DNA of 64,000 nucleotides from Longimicrobiales bacterium (GTDB taxonomy: Bacteria > Gemmatimonadota > Gemmatimonadetes > Longimicrobiales > Gaopeijiaceae), in assembly GCA_041690395.1 (NCBI GenBank), contig JAWLHJ010000001.1, positions 800,001-864,000 of the forward strand. The letters run 5' to 3'. The position numbers and the translations under genes are program-made. The notes under the pieces were generated by a model, which saw only the letters and a program-made list of their open reading frames with translations, searched no databases and was not told where the DNA came from. Of the stretch, positions 27,357-36,571 are shown one piece after another (position 1 is the stretch's first letter; each line of letters begins with the position of its first letter).

Positions 27357-27905
27357 TCAGGCGCCATTGGTGGCGGCCGCCCGCTTCTTGGAGATGAGGG
27401 TCGCCACCTGATCATGTAGGGGAAGAAATGCCTCGAGCAGGAACTCGATGAAGATGAAGTGATAGACCCCCCCTTCATCCCTGTCGGACCGAACGGAGAA
27501 GCCCCAGGGGCGGGCCGTTTCGGACCCCACGGGCCCCTCCGCCATCTCGATATCTCGGTGGATCTTTAGAAAGTCAGAATGGATCAGCCGTCCCAGGACA
27601 AATGCTATCGATACGTCCTGCTCTTCTTCTTCGTGTTCCGACCCTTCGACACCCTTGTGAGCGCGTATGCCGCGATCGTAAAGCTTTGATTGATCAAAGC
27701 CTATTCGACTGGCTAGCTCGAAGCATTTCCTCGTATGATACGCGAAGTTGTGTAGGAGGTCGGCCAGCTGCTCGTCTTGCCGTTCTGCCAAGTGGTGCAG
27801 CCGTGATTCGATCCCTACGCGAGAGGTAGCTAAGGCCAGAATCAAGCTCGCCTGCTCATAGGCCTTGGACCTGTATTGGTCCGCGCCCAAGATTTCAATT
27901 GCCAA
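27357..27905 (-). CDS. Hypothetical protein (possibly HEPN-like)
   Basis: TTG start with GGAGA ribosome-binding site; lower-GC; helical N-terminal half with GRLIHS. Confidence 0.5.
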   Translation of the reverse strand: MAIEILGADQYRSKAYEQASLILALATSRVGIESRLHHLAERQDEQLADLLHNFAYHTRKCFELASRIGFDQSKLYDRGIRAHKGVEGSEHEEEEQDVSIAFVLGRLIHSDFLKIHRDIEMAEGPVGSETARPWGFSVRSDRDEGGVYHFIFIEFLLEAFLPLHDQVATLISKKRAAATNGA

Positions 27906-28164
27906 CTATCTATTCTCCTATGTCAAAAAGTCGTTTCTCTCCGCCATTCCCCGTTTAGCCAACCGATTTGCTGAACCAACCAACGGGTCGGCGCGTACGA
28001 TGCAGGCCGCCCACCATAAACGCCCGCACCGACTTGGTACGATGAGGCCGTTCCCGGCGAAGTGCGTGTGGGCCGATGAGTCGGGTGAGAGAATAGGGAA
28101 GGGGTGCGACAACGGCCAGCGAGTGGGTTAGCTCTTCCCACCTCAATGCATCCTGGCGGCAACC

Positions 28165-28950
28165 CCCTTCGAGGCCGCCGGCGAGCAGGACGTCCTGAAG
28201 CAGAACACCGGACGGCAGGCCGCCGTCGTGCGCGAGCTCGCGGAGTGGCACGAGCAGTACGAAGGCTCCCTGGCTCGGCTCGAGCGGGACCGGGGCGCAT
28301 GGAGCCGCCTGCGGCGGAAGGTCGCCGAGACCGTGCGCCTCGAGTTCCTCTACGAGAACCTGGACCGGGGATCGGTGATCCGGCTGGAGCCCGGCGTCGC
28401 GTACTGCTTCCGGGCGTTCTATCCGCTGATCACGGACATGATCGAGGGCGCCTGGTCGCACTTCGTCCAGCGCCTGAACCCCGCCAGGCTCGGGCAGGTC
28501 GTCGAGCTCCGAAGCTTCCTGTTCGGAGGAGATCGTGCGGCGCTCCACGCGCAGCGGCGGCTCCTCCGGGACGTCCAGGAGGGGCGGTGCTTCTACTGCC
28601 GCGGCCCCATCCGGAGCGGCGGCCATGTCGATCACTTCATCCCGTGGAGCCGCTATCCCCTGGACCTCGGGCACAACCTCGTCCTCGCGCACGACCGCTG
28701 TAACGAGCGCAAGTCGCACGTGCTCGCGGCCGAGGAGCATCTCAGACGGTGGGTCGAGCGGAATGCGGGGCTCGGCGGGCAGCTCGCGGACGCGTTCGAG
28801 GAGCGGGGGATCTTGCACGACCTCGGCGCCACGAACCGGGTGGCGCGGTGGGCGTACGGACAGGTGGAGAGCGCGGGTGGGCAGGTGTGGGTGGCGGGGG
28901 GTGAGTTGCGGGAGCTGGGGGCGGGGTGGCGGGAGGTGTTTGGGGGGTGA
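28165..28950 (+). pseudogene. 5'-truncated HNH endonuclease
   Basis: Homologous-looking frame begins PFEAAGEQDVLKQNTGRQAA with no start codon (in-frame TAG at 28129). HNH CFYC...VDHFIPW...NLVLAH..CN..KS is intact. Confidence 0.6.
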
Positions 28951-29032
28951 GGCGCATTGCGCCATCGCGCTGCCCCGCACGACCCGACAGGCTTTTCGGG
29001 TGCTTTCTGCCTGTGTACGAGAGGTTCCATAT

Positions 29033-29042
29033 ATGGTACCAT
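29033..29042. promoter_or_regulatory. Palindromic operator ATGGTACCAT upstream of hicB
   Basis: Perfect 10-bp palindrome in an AT-rich patch before a HicB with a DNA-binding domain. Confidence 0.5.
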
Positions 29043-29050
29043 TATCATCG

Positions 29051-29101
29051 CGCTGCCGGAGACTGCTAGCCGCGATCGATGAGATGGAGGCCGGTCGATG
29101 A
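29051..29101 (+). pseudogene. hicA: Probable hicA C-terminal remnant
   Basis: RRLLAAIDEMEAGR* ends in an ATGA overlap with hicB and resembles the terminal helix of HicA. Confidence 0.4.
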
Positions 29102-29442
29102 ACGACATGCAATACTCCGCCCACATCGTGTGGAGCGCCGCGGATGGCGGGTACATCGCAACCGCGCCGGAGCTGGAGGGTGTCTCGGCGTTCGGTGAGA
29201 CGCTGGAAGACGCCCTGACCGAGCTCGGCGTCGCTCGGGACGTCTGGCTGGAAGAGTCGTGCGCGTCGGGCCGTGATTTGCCGGCACCGCTGACCCTCCC
29301 CGGCTACAGTGGCCAGTTCCGTCTTCGACTGCCGCGATCGCTGCACGGCTGGCTGGCGGCGCGAGCGGACGTCGAGGGCGTGTCGCTCAACACGCTGGTT
29401 GTGCAGCTGCTGTCCGAGGCGCGTGGGAAGCGCTCAGCCTAA
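29098..29442 (+). CDS. hicB: HicB family antitoxin (RHH C-terminus)
   Basis: YIATAPELEGVSAFGETLEDAL; YSGQFRLRLPRSLH..L...A..EGVSLN. Confidence 0.9.
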   Translation: MNDMQYSAHIVWSAADGGYIATAPELEGVSAFGETLEDALTELGVARDVWLEESCASGRDLPAPLTLPGYSGQFRLRLPRSLHGWLAARADVEGVSLNTLVVQLLSEARGKRSA

Positions 29443-29571
29443 GATCGGCCCGAAGCGTCGACTCATCCTGCCATCCCTCCGGCCCACCCTTCCGGGCATC
29501 GTTTCGAATCCGCCGGGGGCCGCGCCACGCCGGGACCTGGATATTCGAACTTCGGGTAGTAGGGGCGTCAC

Positions 29572-29832
29572 GTGCCTCGCATCAGCGAGTTCTTCGGCAT
29601 CGTCGTGACGATGTACTACAATGACCACGCCCCGCCACACTTCCATGCGAAGTATGCGGAGCATGAGGTGACACTGGAAATCGACACGCTGGACGTGCTC
29701 TCCGGGGAGCTGCCCCGACGGGCGACGGCGTTGGTCCGGGAATGGGCTGCCATGCATCGAACCGAGTTGATGCAGGCGTGGCGAGCCGCTCGGAACGGTG
29801 AGCCACTGGAGTCGATCCCCGGGCTCGAGTAG
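29572..29832 (+). CDS. DUF4160 domain protein
   Basis: MPRISEFFGI..MYYNDHAPPHFHAKY. Confidence 0.9.
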   Translation: MPRISEFFGIVVTMYYNDHAPPHFHAKYAEHEVTLEIDTLDVLSGELPRRATALVREWAAMHRTELMQAWRAARNGEPLESIPGLE

Positions 29833-29855
29833 GCAACAGAACAGGAGGTGCCAAC

Positions 29856-30113
29856 ATGGTCCGAGTCCAATCGGTGAAGCCCCTGGAGGGCTTCCGTCTC
29901 GAAGTCCGGTTCACGGACGGGACGGAACGAGTCATCGATGTGGAGCGGTACCTCCGCGGACCGGTCTTCGAGCCGATTCGGAGCAGCCGAGCGCTCTTCG
30001 AGGCCGTATTCGTCGATTCCGACCTCGGCGTGGTGGTCTGGCCGAACGGAGCGGACATCGATCCTGACGTCCTGTACGGGACGCACGAGCCAGCGTGGAT
30101 GGGGGAGTCCTGA
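29856..30113 (+). CDS. DUF2442 domain protein
   Basis: L.VRFTDG, VWPNGADIDPDVLY; typical partner of DUF4160. Confidence 0.9.
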   Translation: MVRVQSVKPLEGFRLEVRFTDGTERVIDVERYLRGPVFEPIRSSRALFEAVFVDSDLGVVVWPNGADIDPDVLYGTHEPAWMGES

Positions 30114-30118
30114 CCCTC

Positions 30119-31384
30119 TCACTCCCCCGTCCGCCTGATCCGCTCCTTCGCCAGATGCCGGCTCCGGCGCGCCTCCGCCGCCCGCTGCTTCATGTACTTG
30201 ACGTCCGCCGCGTCGACCTCGCCGGTTTCGAAGCGCGCCTCCATGGCCTCCAGGTCGCGCAGCTCCTCGCTCACCTCGGCGTCGAGGTACGCTGAGCTGC
30301 CGAGTTCCCGGACCGCCCGCTGGAGCGTCTCGCTCCCACCTCGGTAGTCGCCGCGCCGCTCCGCCTCGAGGGCCTCTTCGCGGGCCCGGGCGGCCTCGAG
30401 CAGGAGCACTTCCTTGCGGACCTCGGGCTCGACCTTGCCGCCGGCCTCGGGCGACAGGGTGATGGGGAGCGTGAGCGTCTGCTGCTCCACGCCGCCCCCT
30501 GGGGTGAGCACCTGGGCGACCACCTCGACGTCCGCCACGTGCGCCTCGCCGTCTCCGGTCGCATCGGGCTCGAGCAGGATCTCGAGGAGGACGCGGCGGG
30601 GCTCGCGGGCGTACAGGTCCCCGACCTCGAGGGTGAGGTCACGCCCTTCCGAGTGACTCGGGTACTCGTGGAGCACCTTCATGGCGCCGGCGCCATGGCC
30701 GGGACGGACGCGCACCCGCACGTTCTGCGCGACGAGCGAGAGGAGCCCTTCGAGCTCTTCCTCGAACACTCCGGATGCCTGGTCGGCGTGCTCGACGTAG
30801 TAGGCGGATCCCCGCCCGGCATCGGCCATCGCCCGCAGGAGGTCCTCGTCGAAGTGGGGTCCGAACCCGATGGTGGTCGTGGTGATCCCCTGTTCCGCGC
30901 TGATCTGGCAGAGGCCTTCCAGCGCCTCGGACTGGGTGATGCCGCGATTCGCCTGGCCGTCCGTGAGCAGAAGGACGCGGTTCACGCCGTCCCGTCGCCG
31001 GTACTCGGCCACGAGCTCGCGGCCCCGCAGCCAGCCGCCGCTGAGGTTCGTGGCGCCGCCGGGCCCGATGGCGCGGATACGCTCCGCGACGTCGAGCTGC
31101 GCCTCTCCCGTCGCCGGATGGGCCACGACCCGCACCTCGTCGTCGTACGCCACGACGCTCACCACGTCCTCCATGCGGAGACGCCGCACCAGCATGACCG
31201 CGGCCTCGCGCGCGGCCTGCAGCGGCGGGCCGCTCATCGACCCCGACCGGTCGATCACGAGGGACAGATTGAGCGGCGTCCGTCCCTCATCCTCCGGGGG
31301 ATCGCCTTCGATGCGGAGCAGGGCCCGGACGAAGAATCCTCCGTCGGCGACGGGCTCGTGGTCCAACAGCACGCTGGTCTTCAT
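30119..31384 (-). CDS. vWA domain protein (YfbK-like)
   Basis: MIDAS DRSGSM, GGATNL, LLLTDGQAN, TIGFG. Confidence 0.88.
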   Translation of the reverse strand: MKTSVLLDHEPVADGGFFVRALLRIEGDPPEDEGRTPLNLSLVIDRSGSMSGPPLQAAREAAVMLVRRLRMEDVVSVVAYDDEVRVVAHPATGEAQLDVAERIRAIGPGGATNLSGGWLRGRELVAEYRRRDGVNRVLLLTDGQANRGITQSEALEGLCQISAEQGITTTTIGFGPHFDEDLLRAMADAGRGSAYYVEHADQASGVFEEELEGLLSLVAQNVRVRVRPGHGAGAMKVLHEYPSHSEGRDLTLEVGDLYAREPRRVLLEILLEPDATGDGEAHVADVEVVAQVLTPGGGVEQQTLTLPITLSPEAGGKVEPEVRKEVLLLEAARAREEALEAERRGDYRGGSETLQRAVRELGSSAYLDAEVSEELRDLEAMEARFETGEVDAADVKYMKQRAAEARRSRHLAKERIRRTGE

Positions 31385-31431
31385 GGCGCCTCCCTGGATG
31401 CGGTCTGGATGTCGGGAGGCGGGAAGCTAGG

Positions 31432-32415
31432 TCAGGGGTGTGACAGCATCCCCCGCGCGACCTCCATCGCCAGCGCCCGCACGTCGTCCGGCTCCAGGAT
31501 CTCGGCGTCGGCGCCGTACTGGAGGGCGTGGCTCACGGCCCAGCGCGGGTCGGCGACCCGGTGTCGTACGATCAGGCTGCCATCCTCGCCGTCCTCGACC
31601 GCTGCTTCGCTCCAGAACGCACGCTCCCGGATCCAGCGGGCGATCCGCGGCGAGTACCGCACGCACACCTCTCGCTCCCGCTCGGTGTGGAAGACCCGGC
31701 CGCCCTCGACGTAGGTGCCCGGGTCGAACTCGGCCGGGACGTCGAACCGCCCGTCGGCGAGGTCCGCGGCGACGATCCGGTCGATGCGGAACACCCGGAT
31801 CCCCTCCTCCAGCGTGCAGTGACCCACGGCGTACCAGGCACCCTCTCCGTAGGCGATGGCGTACGGGTGCACGACGCGCACCTTCTCCTGCCGCGCGCCC
31901 GACTTCACGTACGAGATGGCGCAGGGTCGACGGTCACGCGCACCGGCCAGGAGCACCTCGCGGATACCCTCCGGGTCGGGGTCGCGGTCGGGTGCGGCGA
32001 TGGCCGGGGCGCCGTCGCCGGGCCAGTCGCGGTGGGCCAGGTAGCCTTCGGCGCGGTCCAGCAGCCGTTCCCGGGCGACCGGTGCGTTCACGTGGGTCGA
32101 TGCCGTAGGGCCGCGGAGCGCCAGGGCGAGGCAGAGCGTTTCCTCGGGCGTGAGCCGCGTGGGGCGCTCGAATCCGTCGGCGCGGGACACCTCGACGCGA
32201 TCGGCCTGCAGCAGGATCTGCACGTCGTCCAGCCAACCCCCCGGATGGTAGAAGTTGCGCTCGGTGACTTCCTGCAGGTCCTGGAGGATGCGCACCTCGG
32301 GCACGTCGAGCTCGGCGGCGAGATCGGTCAGGCGGGCGCCGCCGGGCCGCGCGGCGGCGGGCAGGACGTGGAGCAGGCGCTGCAGTCGATCCTGTGCGGT
32401 GCGGCCGTCGGTCAT
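31432..32415 (-). CDS. HTH-WYL-WCX transcriptional regulator (PafC-like)
   Basis: RLQRLL..LP, RLT.EE...L, HPY...AWYAVG, FRIDRI, YGADAEILEP. The start at 32415 overlaps the upstream stop. Confidence 0.85.
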   Translation of the reverse strand: MTDGRTAQDRLQRLLHVLPAAARPGGARLTDLAAELDVPEVRILQDLQEVTERNFYHPGGWLDDVQILLQADRVEVSRADGFERPTRLTPEETLCLALALRGPTASTHVNAPVARERLLDRAEGYLAHRDWPGDGAPAIAAPDRDPDPEGIREVLLAGARDRRPCAISYVKSGARQEKVRVVHPYAIAYGEGAWYAVGHCTLEEGIRVFRIDRIVAADLADGRFDVPAEFDPGTYVEGGRVFHTEREREVCVRYSPRIARWIRERAFWSEAAVEDGEDGSLIVRHRVADPRWAVSHALQYGADAEILEPDDVRALAMEVARGMLSHP

Positions 32416-33557
32416 CGGTGCTCCGGGTCGGAGTAACGGCGCATCACGTCCGTGACGAGCTCGGTGAACGCCGCCGCAAGCGGCTCGGGCGCGACGACGC
32501 GGGCGTCGCCGGCCAGGCTGAGGATCCAGCGGAGGAAAGGGTCGCGCCGGAGCACGCGAAACCGGCGGAGCTGGCTGCCGTCGTCCCTGTCCTCGACGAG
32601 GGTGCCGTGATCGTTCCGCTCGGCCCACAGCGACCGTGGGAAGGCGAACCACACATCGGCCTCGACGGGCCCGTCCCGGTCCTCGCCGATCTCCCAGGCC
32701 GCCCGGCCCGCGTACTCCCCGAGCGCGAATCCCTCGGGAACCTCGTAATCGGCGTCCTTCTTCTTGCCGCGGACCAGCGCGACGTCCCGCATGCGCCCGA
32801 GCCGGTACATCCGCTTCGCGTCCTGATCCACGTCGCGCCCGACCAGGTACCAGCGACCGTGCTGGAAGAGGAGCCCGTACGGCTCGACGTGGCGGGGCTC
32901 GTCCATGTCGCGGGTCATGCCCCGGTAGTCGAAGCGGACGGCCTTGCGGCGCTGGACGGCGTCGGAGAGCAGCCGGAGCGGCTCGCGGCTCGCGGCCGTC
33001 TCGGGATCCTCGGCGTAGACGACCGGCGCTTCCCGTGCGAGCCCCGGATCGAGATCGAACGCCAGCTTCCGGAACGCGGAGCGCGCGGACGTCCGGAGCG
33101 GGAAGGCCGGGAGCGCGGATAGCTCGCTCAGCCCCTCGAGCGCGGCGCGGGCCTCGGGCGCCTCGATGGGGAAGTCGCTGGCGCCCGGGCTGGCGGCGGC
33201 GCCCGACGGGCCCTCGCCACCGGCCGGCCCCTCCGCCTCACCCCGCGCCTCGGCCACGAGGCGGAGGTACGGCAGGTGGAAGTCCTTCGCGCCGAGCCGG
33301 TACCCTGCGGTCTCCTCGCGCCCGGAGTGGATCGAAAAGGGAACGGTCTCGATGGGGATCCCGAGCCCGCGAAGCTCGTCCTTGTCGCGCTCGAACATGC
33401 GCCGGACGGTCTGCTTCGCCTTCTCGTCGCCCTCGAGGCCCGCCTCGTACGCCGGGACGGCCTCCCAGAGCTGCTCGACGGTCACCGGGAACCGCCGGCC
33501 CGCGAGATAGGCGATGACGTCGAGCCAACGTTGGAGCTTGGTGGGTCGTGTGGCCAT
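32412..33557 (-). CDS. HTH-WYL-WCX transcriptional regulator (PafB-like)
   Basis: RRMFERDKDELRGLGIPI, EPYGL..HGRWYLVG.D, YRLGRM. Confidence 0.88.
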   Translation of the reverse strand: MATRPTKLQRWLDVIAYLAGRRFPVTVEQLWEAVPAYEAGLEGDEKAKQTVRRMFERDKDELRGLGIPIETVPFSIHSGREETAGYRLGAKDFHLPYLRLVAEARGEAEGPAGGEGPSGAAASPGASDFPIEAPEARAALEGLSELSALPAFPLRTSARSAFRKLAFDLDPGLAREAPVVYAEDPETAASREPLRLLSDAVQRRKAVRFDYRGMTRDMDEPRHVEPYGLLFQHGRWYLVGRDVDQDAKRMYRLGRMRDVALVRGKKKDADYEVPEGFALGEYAGRAAWEIGEDRDGPVEADVWFAFPRSLWAERNDHGTLVEDRDDGSQLRRFRVLRRDPFLRWILSLAGDARVVAPEPLAAAFTELVTDVMRRYSDPEHR

Positions 33558-33607
33558 TGCGCAGCATAGATGGGACCTGTGACGCTCGGACGAAAGGGGT
33601 GATCTCT

Positions 33608-34783
33608 CTAGTTCACCACCGCCGCCTCGTACGCCCCCCGCACCAGTGTCCCCAGATTCCACTCGTTGTTGCTGCGTGAGTTGGTGAACACCACGACCTC
33701 GACGCCGGTGGTGGGGAAGACCATCACCTGAGTGCGGCCGCCGGGGCCGCCGGTACCCGTGGAACGACTCCCGTTCTTGCGCGGATAGGTGCCGTGGGCG
33801 CCGCTGGAGTGATTGGGGCCGTCCCACCCCAGGCGGACGTCATCCATGGTCGCGCGCTGCTCGGTGCTGAGGAGGTCTTCGGTATGGCGCAGATACGCCA
33901 TGAATCGTGCGAATTCCCGGGGCGACAGATACCATCCGCCGCTGGCGCAGTACATGGTCCGGTCGTCCGGGAGGGCCGAGATGCCGGTTTCGAGACGGTA
34001 GAAGAGGGTGGTCGTCGCGCGGGCGTCCACGCAGTCGGTGTCCGTGATGCCGATGGGCTCGAGGATCTGCGACACCACGTACTGCCGGTACCAGAAGCTG
34101 GCGGACGTGGCCGTCACCTGGTGATCGGCGGTCGGGCCCCCCGGCAGCCCCGCCCACATCTTGGGGATCATCGCCTGGAACACGGCGAAGTTCAGATTCT
34201 GGTACGTGTACGTCTTCGGCAGCGGGGTGCCGTTGGCCAGAGAGTCGCGCATTCCCTCCCAACTCTGTGTCACGGCGGCGTTCTGCAGAGTGCTTCGCAC
34301 CCCCGACCGGTGCGAGAGCAGCTCACGGAAGCGAAGGTTCCTCACCGACGCGGGCGCGTTCCATTCCGGAGGAAGCCACCGGCCGATCAGCGAGTCCACC
34401 GTGAGGTCCTGGGCATCGATGAGCTGCAGGGCCGCCACCGTGGTCAGCAGCTTGCTCAGGCTGAAGACGATCATGGTCCGGTCGATGGACTGGGCGACGC
34501 CACCGTCCGATGGACCTCGGGCCCACCCGGCGGCGCCATTCCGCGCCATCTGGCCGTTCTGGGAGATGACGTAGGCATAGCCGTAGGTCGTGGTGTCCAG
34601 TGCCGTGCGGATCCGCGTCTCGAGCGTATCGAGATCGATCTCGGGGCCCTGAGGCGCCTGGATCTGCGTGGGCCCGGGGTTGGCCACCTCGTTGCACGCC
34701 AGAGGCGCCACGATCAGGAGGAGTAGCCCGAGAAGGGACCGGGACAGGCGGCCGCGTGGCGGCGCGGGGGTGGGCAGGGACAT
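33608..34783 (-). CDS. Serine hydrolase, beta-lactamase-related lipoprotein
   Basis: SLSK (SxxK), LLSHRSG, YQN; lipobox LAC. Start uncertain. Confidence 0.85.
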   Translation of the reverse strand: MSLPTPAPPRGRLSRSLLGLLLLIVAPLACNEVANPGPTQIQAPQGPEIDLDTLETRIRTALDTTTYGYAYVISQNGQMARNGAAGWARGPSDGGVAQSIDRTMIVFSLSKLLTTVAALQLIDAQDLTVDSLIGRWLPPEWNAPASVRNLRFRELLSHRSGVRSTLQNAAVTQSWEGMRDSLANGTPLPKTYTYQNLNFAVFQAMIPKMWAGLPGGPTADHQVTATSASFWYRQYVVSQILEPIGITDTDCVDARATTTLFYRLETGISALPDDRTMYCASGGWYLSPREFARFMAYLRHTEDLLSTEQRATMDDVRLGWDGPNHSSGAHGTYPRKNGSRSTGTGGPGGRTQVMVFPTTGVEVVVFTNSRSNNEWNLGTLVRGAYEAAVVN

Positions 34784-34896
34784 GGCCGAGCTCTGGGTTG
34801 GGGCCGTGGTGAGAAGGGCTCCTTCCAAACTCCGCCCCGAGCGCCGCTTGTGCGCAAGGTTCATGTGCCGGTTGGCACGATGAGCGCCCCCATCCC

Positions 34897-35583
34897 ATGA
34901 TCGATCCCATGACCCACTCCGTGCGCCGCCACCTCCGCGTGGACATCGACGACTACGACGCCACCATCCGGTGCTTCATTCCCGGGTACGAGCGGATGCT
35001 CGCGGTGGCCGCGGACGCCGTCGCCCAGGGCCGGCCGGGCCACGTGGTCGACCTGGGGGCCGGCACCGGCGGGCTCTCGGAGGTGCTGTTGGAGCGGGAC
35101 GAAGTGGGAACGGTCCAGCTCCTGGACGTCGATCCGGAGATGCTGGCTCGGGCCCGCTCACGCCTGGAGCGCTTCGGCGACCGGGCCCGCTTCACCCTCC
35201 GCTCCTACGACGAGCCCTTCGAGCCGTGCGACGCCTTCGCGGCATCGCTCTCCCTGCACCATATCCCGACGTTGGATGGCAAGACGACGCTCTTCCGGCG
35301 GGCCTTCGAGGCCCTCCTTCCGTGGGGCGTGCTGGTGAACGCCGACGTGAACATGCCCGAGGATGCGGAGGAGCGGCGGGCGCTCTACGCGCACTGGGCC
35401 GATCACCAGGTCCGCTCCGGCATCCCCGAAGAGCGGGCCTGGGCGCACTTCGAGGAGTGGGCCGAAGAGGACACGTACCTGCCGCTCGAGGCCGAGCTCG
35501 CGGCGCTCCGGAGCGTGGGGTTCCGGGCCGAGCGGGTGTGGAACGACGGGCCGGTGGGGGTGGTCGTGGCGCGGAAGGAGTGA
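34897..35583 (+). CDS. Class I SAM-dependent methyltransferase
   Basis: VVDLGAGTG, SLSLHH. Confidence 0.88.
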   Translation: MIDPMTHSVRRHLRVDIDDYDATIRCFIPGYERMLAVAADAVAQGRPGHVVDLGAGTGGLSEVLLERDEVGTVQLLDVDPEMLARARSRLERFGDRARFTLRSYDEPFEPCDAFAASLSLHHIPTLDGKTTLFRRAFEALLPWGVLVNADVNMPEDAEERRALYAHWADHQVRSGIPEERAWAHFEEWAEEDTYLPLEAELAALRSVGFRAERVWNDGPVGVVVARKE

Positions 35584-35654
35584 GCCGGGACGGGCCCGGC
35601 ACACACCTTGCCCCTTTCCAGGGTGGGTCCACACCATCCAAAGGGAGAACCACC

Positions 35655-35717
35655 ATGCGCGGAGTCGGAATCGGCACCATCATCCTGATCATCATCCTCG
35701 TCATCATCATTTTCTGA
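35655..35717 (+). CDS. 20-aa single-TM small protein
   Basis: MRGVGIGTIILIIILVIIIF* preceded by AAGGGAGA. Confidence 0.6.
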   Translation: MRGVGIGTIILIIILVIIIF

Positions 35718-35755
35718 CGCGTCAGCGCGTCGGTTGACGTCGCGAGGGAGCGATC

Positions 35756-36571
35756 ATGCGATGGAAGGGAGGACCGCGCAGCTCGAACGTCTCGGACCGG
35801 CGCGCGGGAGGTCCGCTCGCGATCGGCGGTGGGCTGGGCGGAGTCGTGCTCGTGGTTCTCTACCTCGTGTTGGGCGGAGACCCGGCGCAGCTCCAGCAGG
35901 GCGGCGCGACCACCGGTAGCGCTCCCCCGGCCGAGGGTCAGGACGAGCGGCTCGACTTCGCCTCGGTCATCCTCGCGAGCACGGAGGGCGTCTGGACCGC
36001 GCTGTTCGAAGGGGCGGGCGCGCGCTACCGCGCCCCCAGCATGGTCGTGTTCTCCGGACGCACCCCCTCGGCGTGCGGCACGGGCTCGTCGGCCATGGGC
36101 CCGTTCTACTGCCCGCCCGACGAGACCATCTATCTCGATCTGACGTTCTTCGACGACCTGGCCCGGCTCGGCGGCCCCGGGGACTTCGCCGCGGCGTACG
36201 TGATCGGTCACGAGGTCGGGCACCACGTGCAGAACCTCCTCGGAACCTCGGACGAAGTGCGCAGGCAGCAGTCCCGCGCATCCGAGGTGGAAGCCAACGC
36301 GCTGTCCGTGGGACTCGAGCTCCAGGCCGACTGCTACGCGGGCGTGTGGGCGTTCCACTCGGAGCAGGAGCGCAACTGGCTCGAGCCCGGGGACGTGAAC
36401 GAGGGCCTGGCCGCGGCCGCCGCCATCGGAGACGACCGGTTGCAGCGCCGCGCCGGAGGCGACGTCGTGCCGGAGAGCTTCACGCACGGGACCGCGGCCG
36501 AGCGGCAGCGTTGGCTGCGCGTGGGGCTGGAGACCGGCGATGCGGGGGCGTGCGACTCAGCGGGTGATTGA
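35756..36571 (+). CDS. Neutral zinc metallopeptidase (YpfJ family)
   Basis: GPFYCP, HEVGHH, LELQADC, SFTHG. Confidence 0.92.
   Translation: MRWKGGPRSSNVSDRRAGGPLAIGGGLGGVVLVVLYLVLGGDPAQLQQGGATTGSAPPAEGQDERLDFASVILASTEGVWTALFEGAGARYRAPSMVVFSGRTPSACGTGSSAMGPFYCPPDETIYLDLTFFDDLARLGGPGDFAAAYVIGHEVGHHVQNLLGTSDEVRRQQSRASEVEANALSVGLELQADCYAGVWAFHSEQERNWLEPGDVNEGLAAAAAIGDDRLQRRAGGDVVPESFTHGTAAERQRWLRVGLETGDAGACDSAGD

Larger units (their letters stand above)
1..30113. other. Defence island (left boundary outside window; right boundary approximate)
   Basis: Dense run of nucleases, McrBC, MTase/helicases, TA modules and gene remnants. Patches near 650-1200 and 24.7-28.1 kb look lower in GC. Confidence 0.85.

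Noticed and set aside
24692..28150. Integron cassette array
   Set aside because: No convincing repeated attC structures and no integrase seen.
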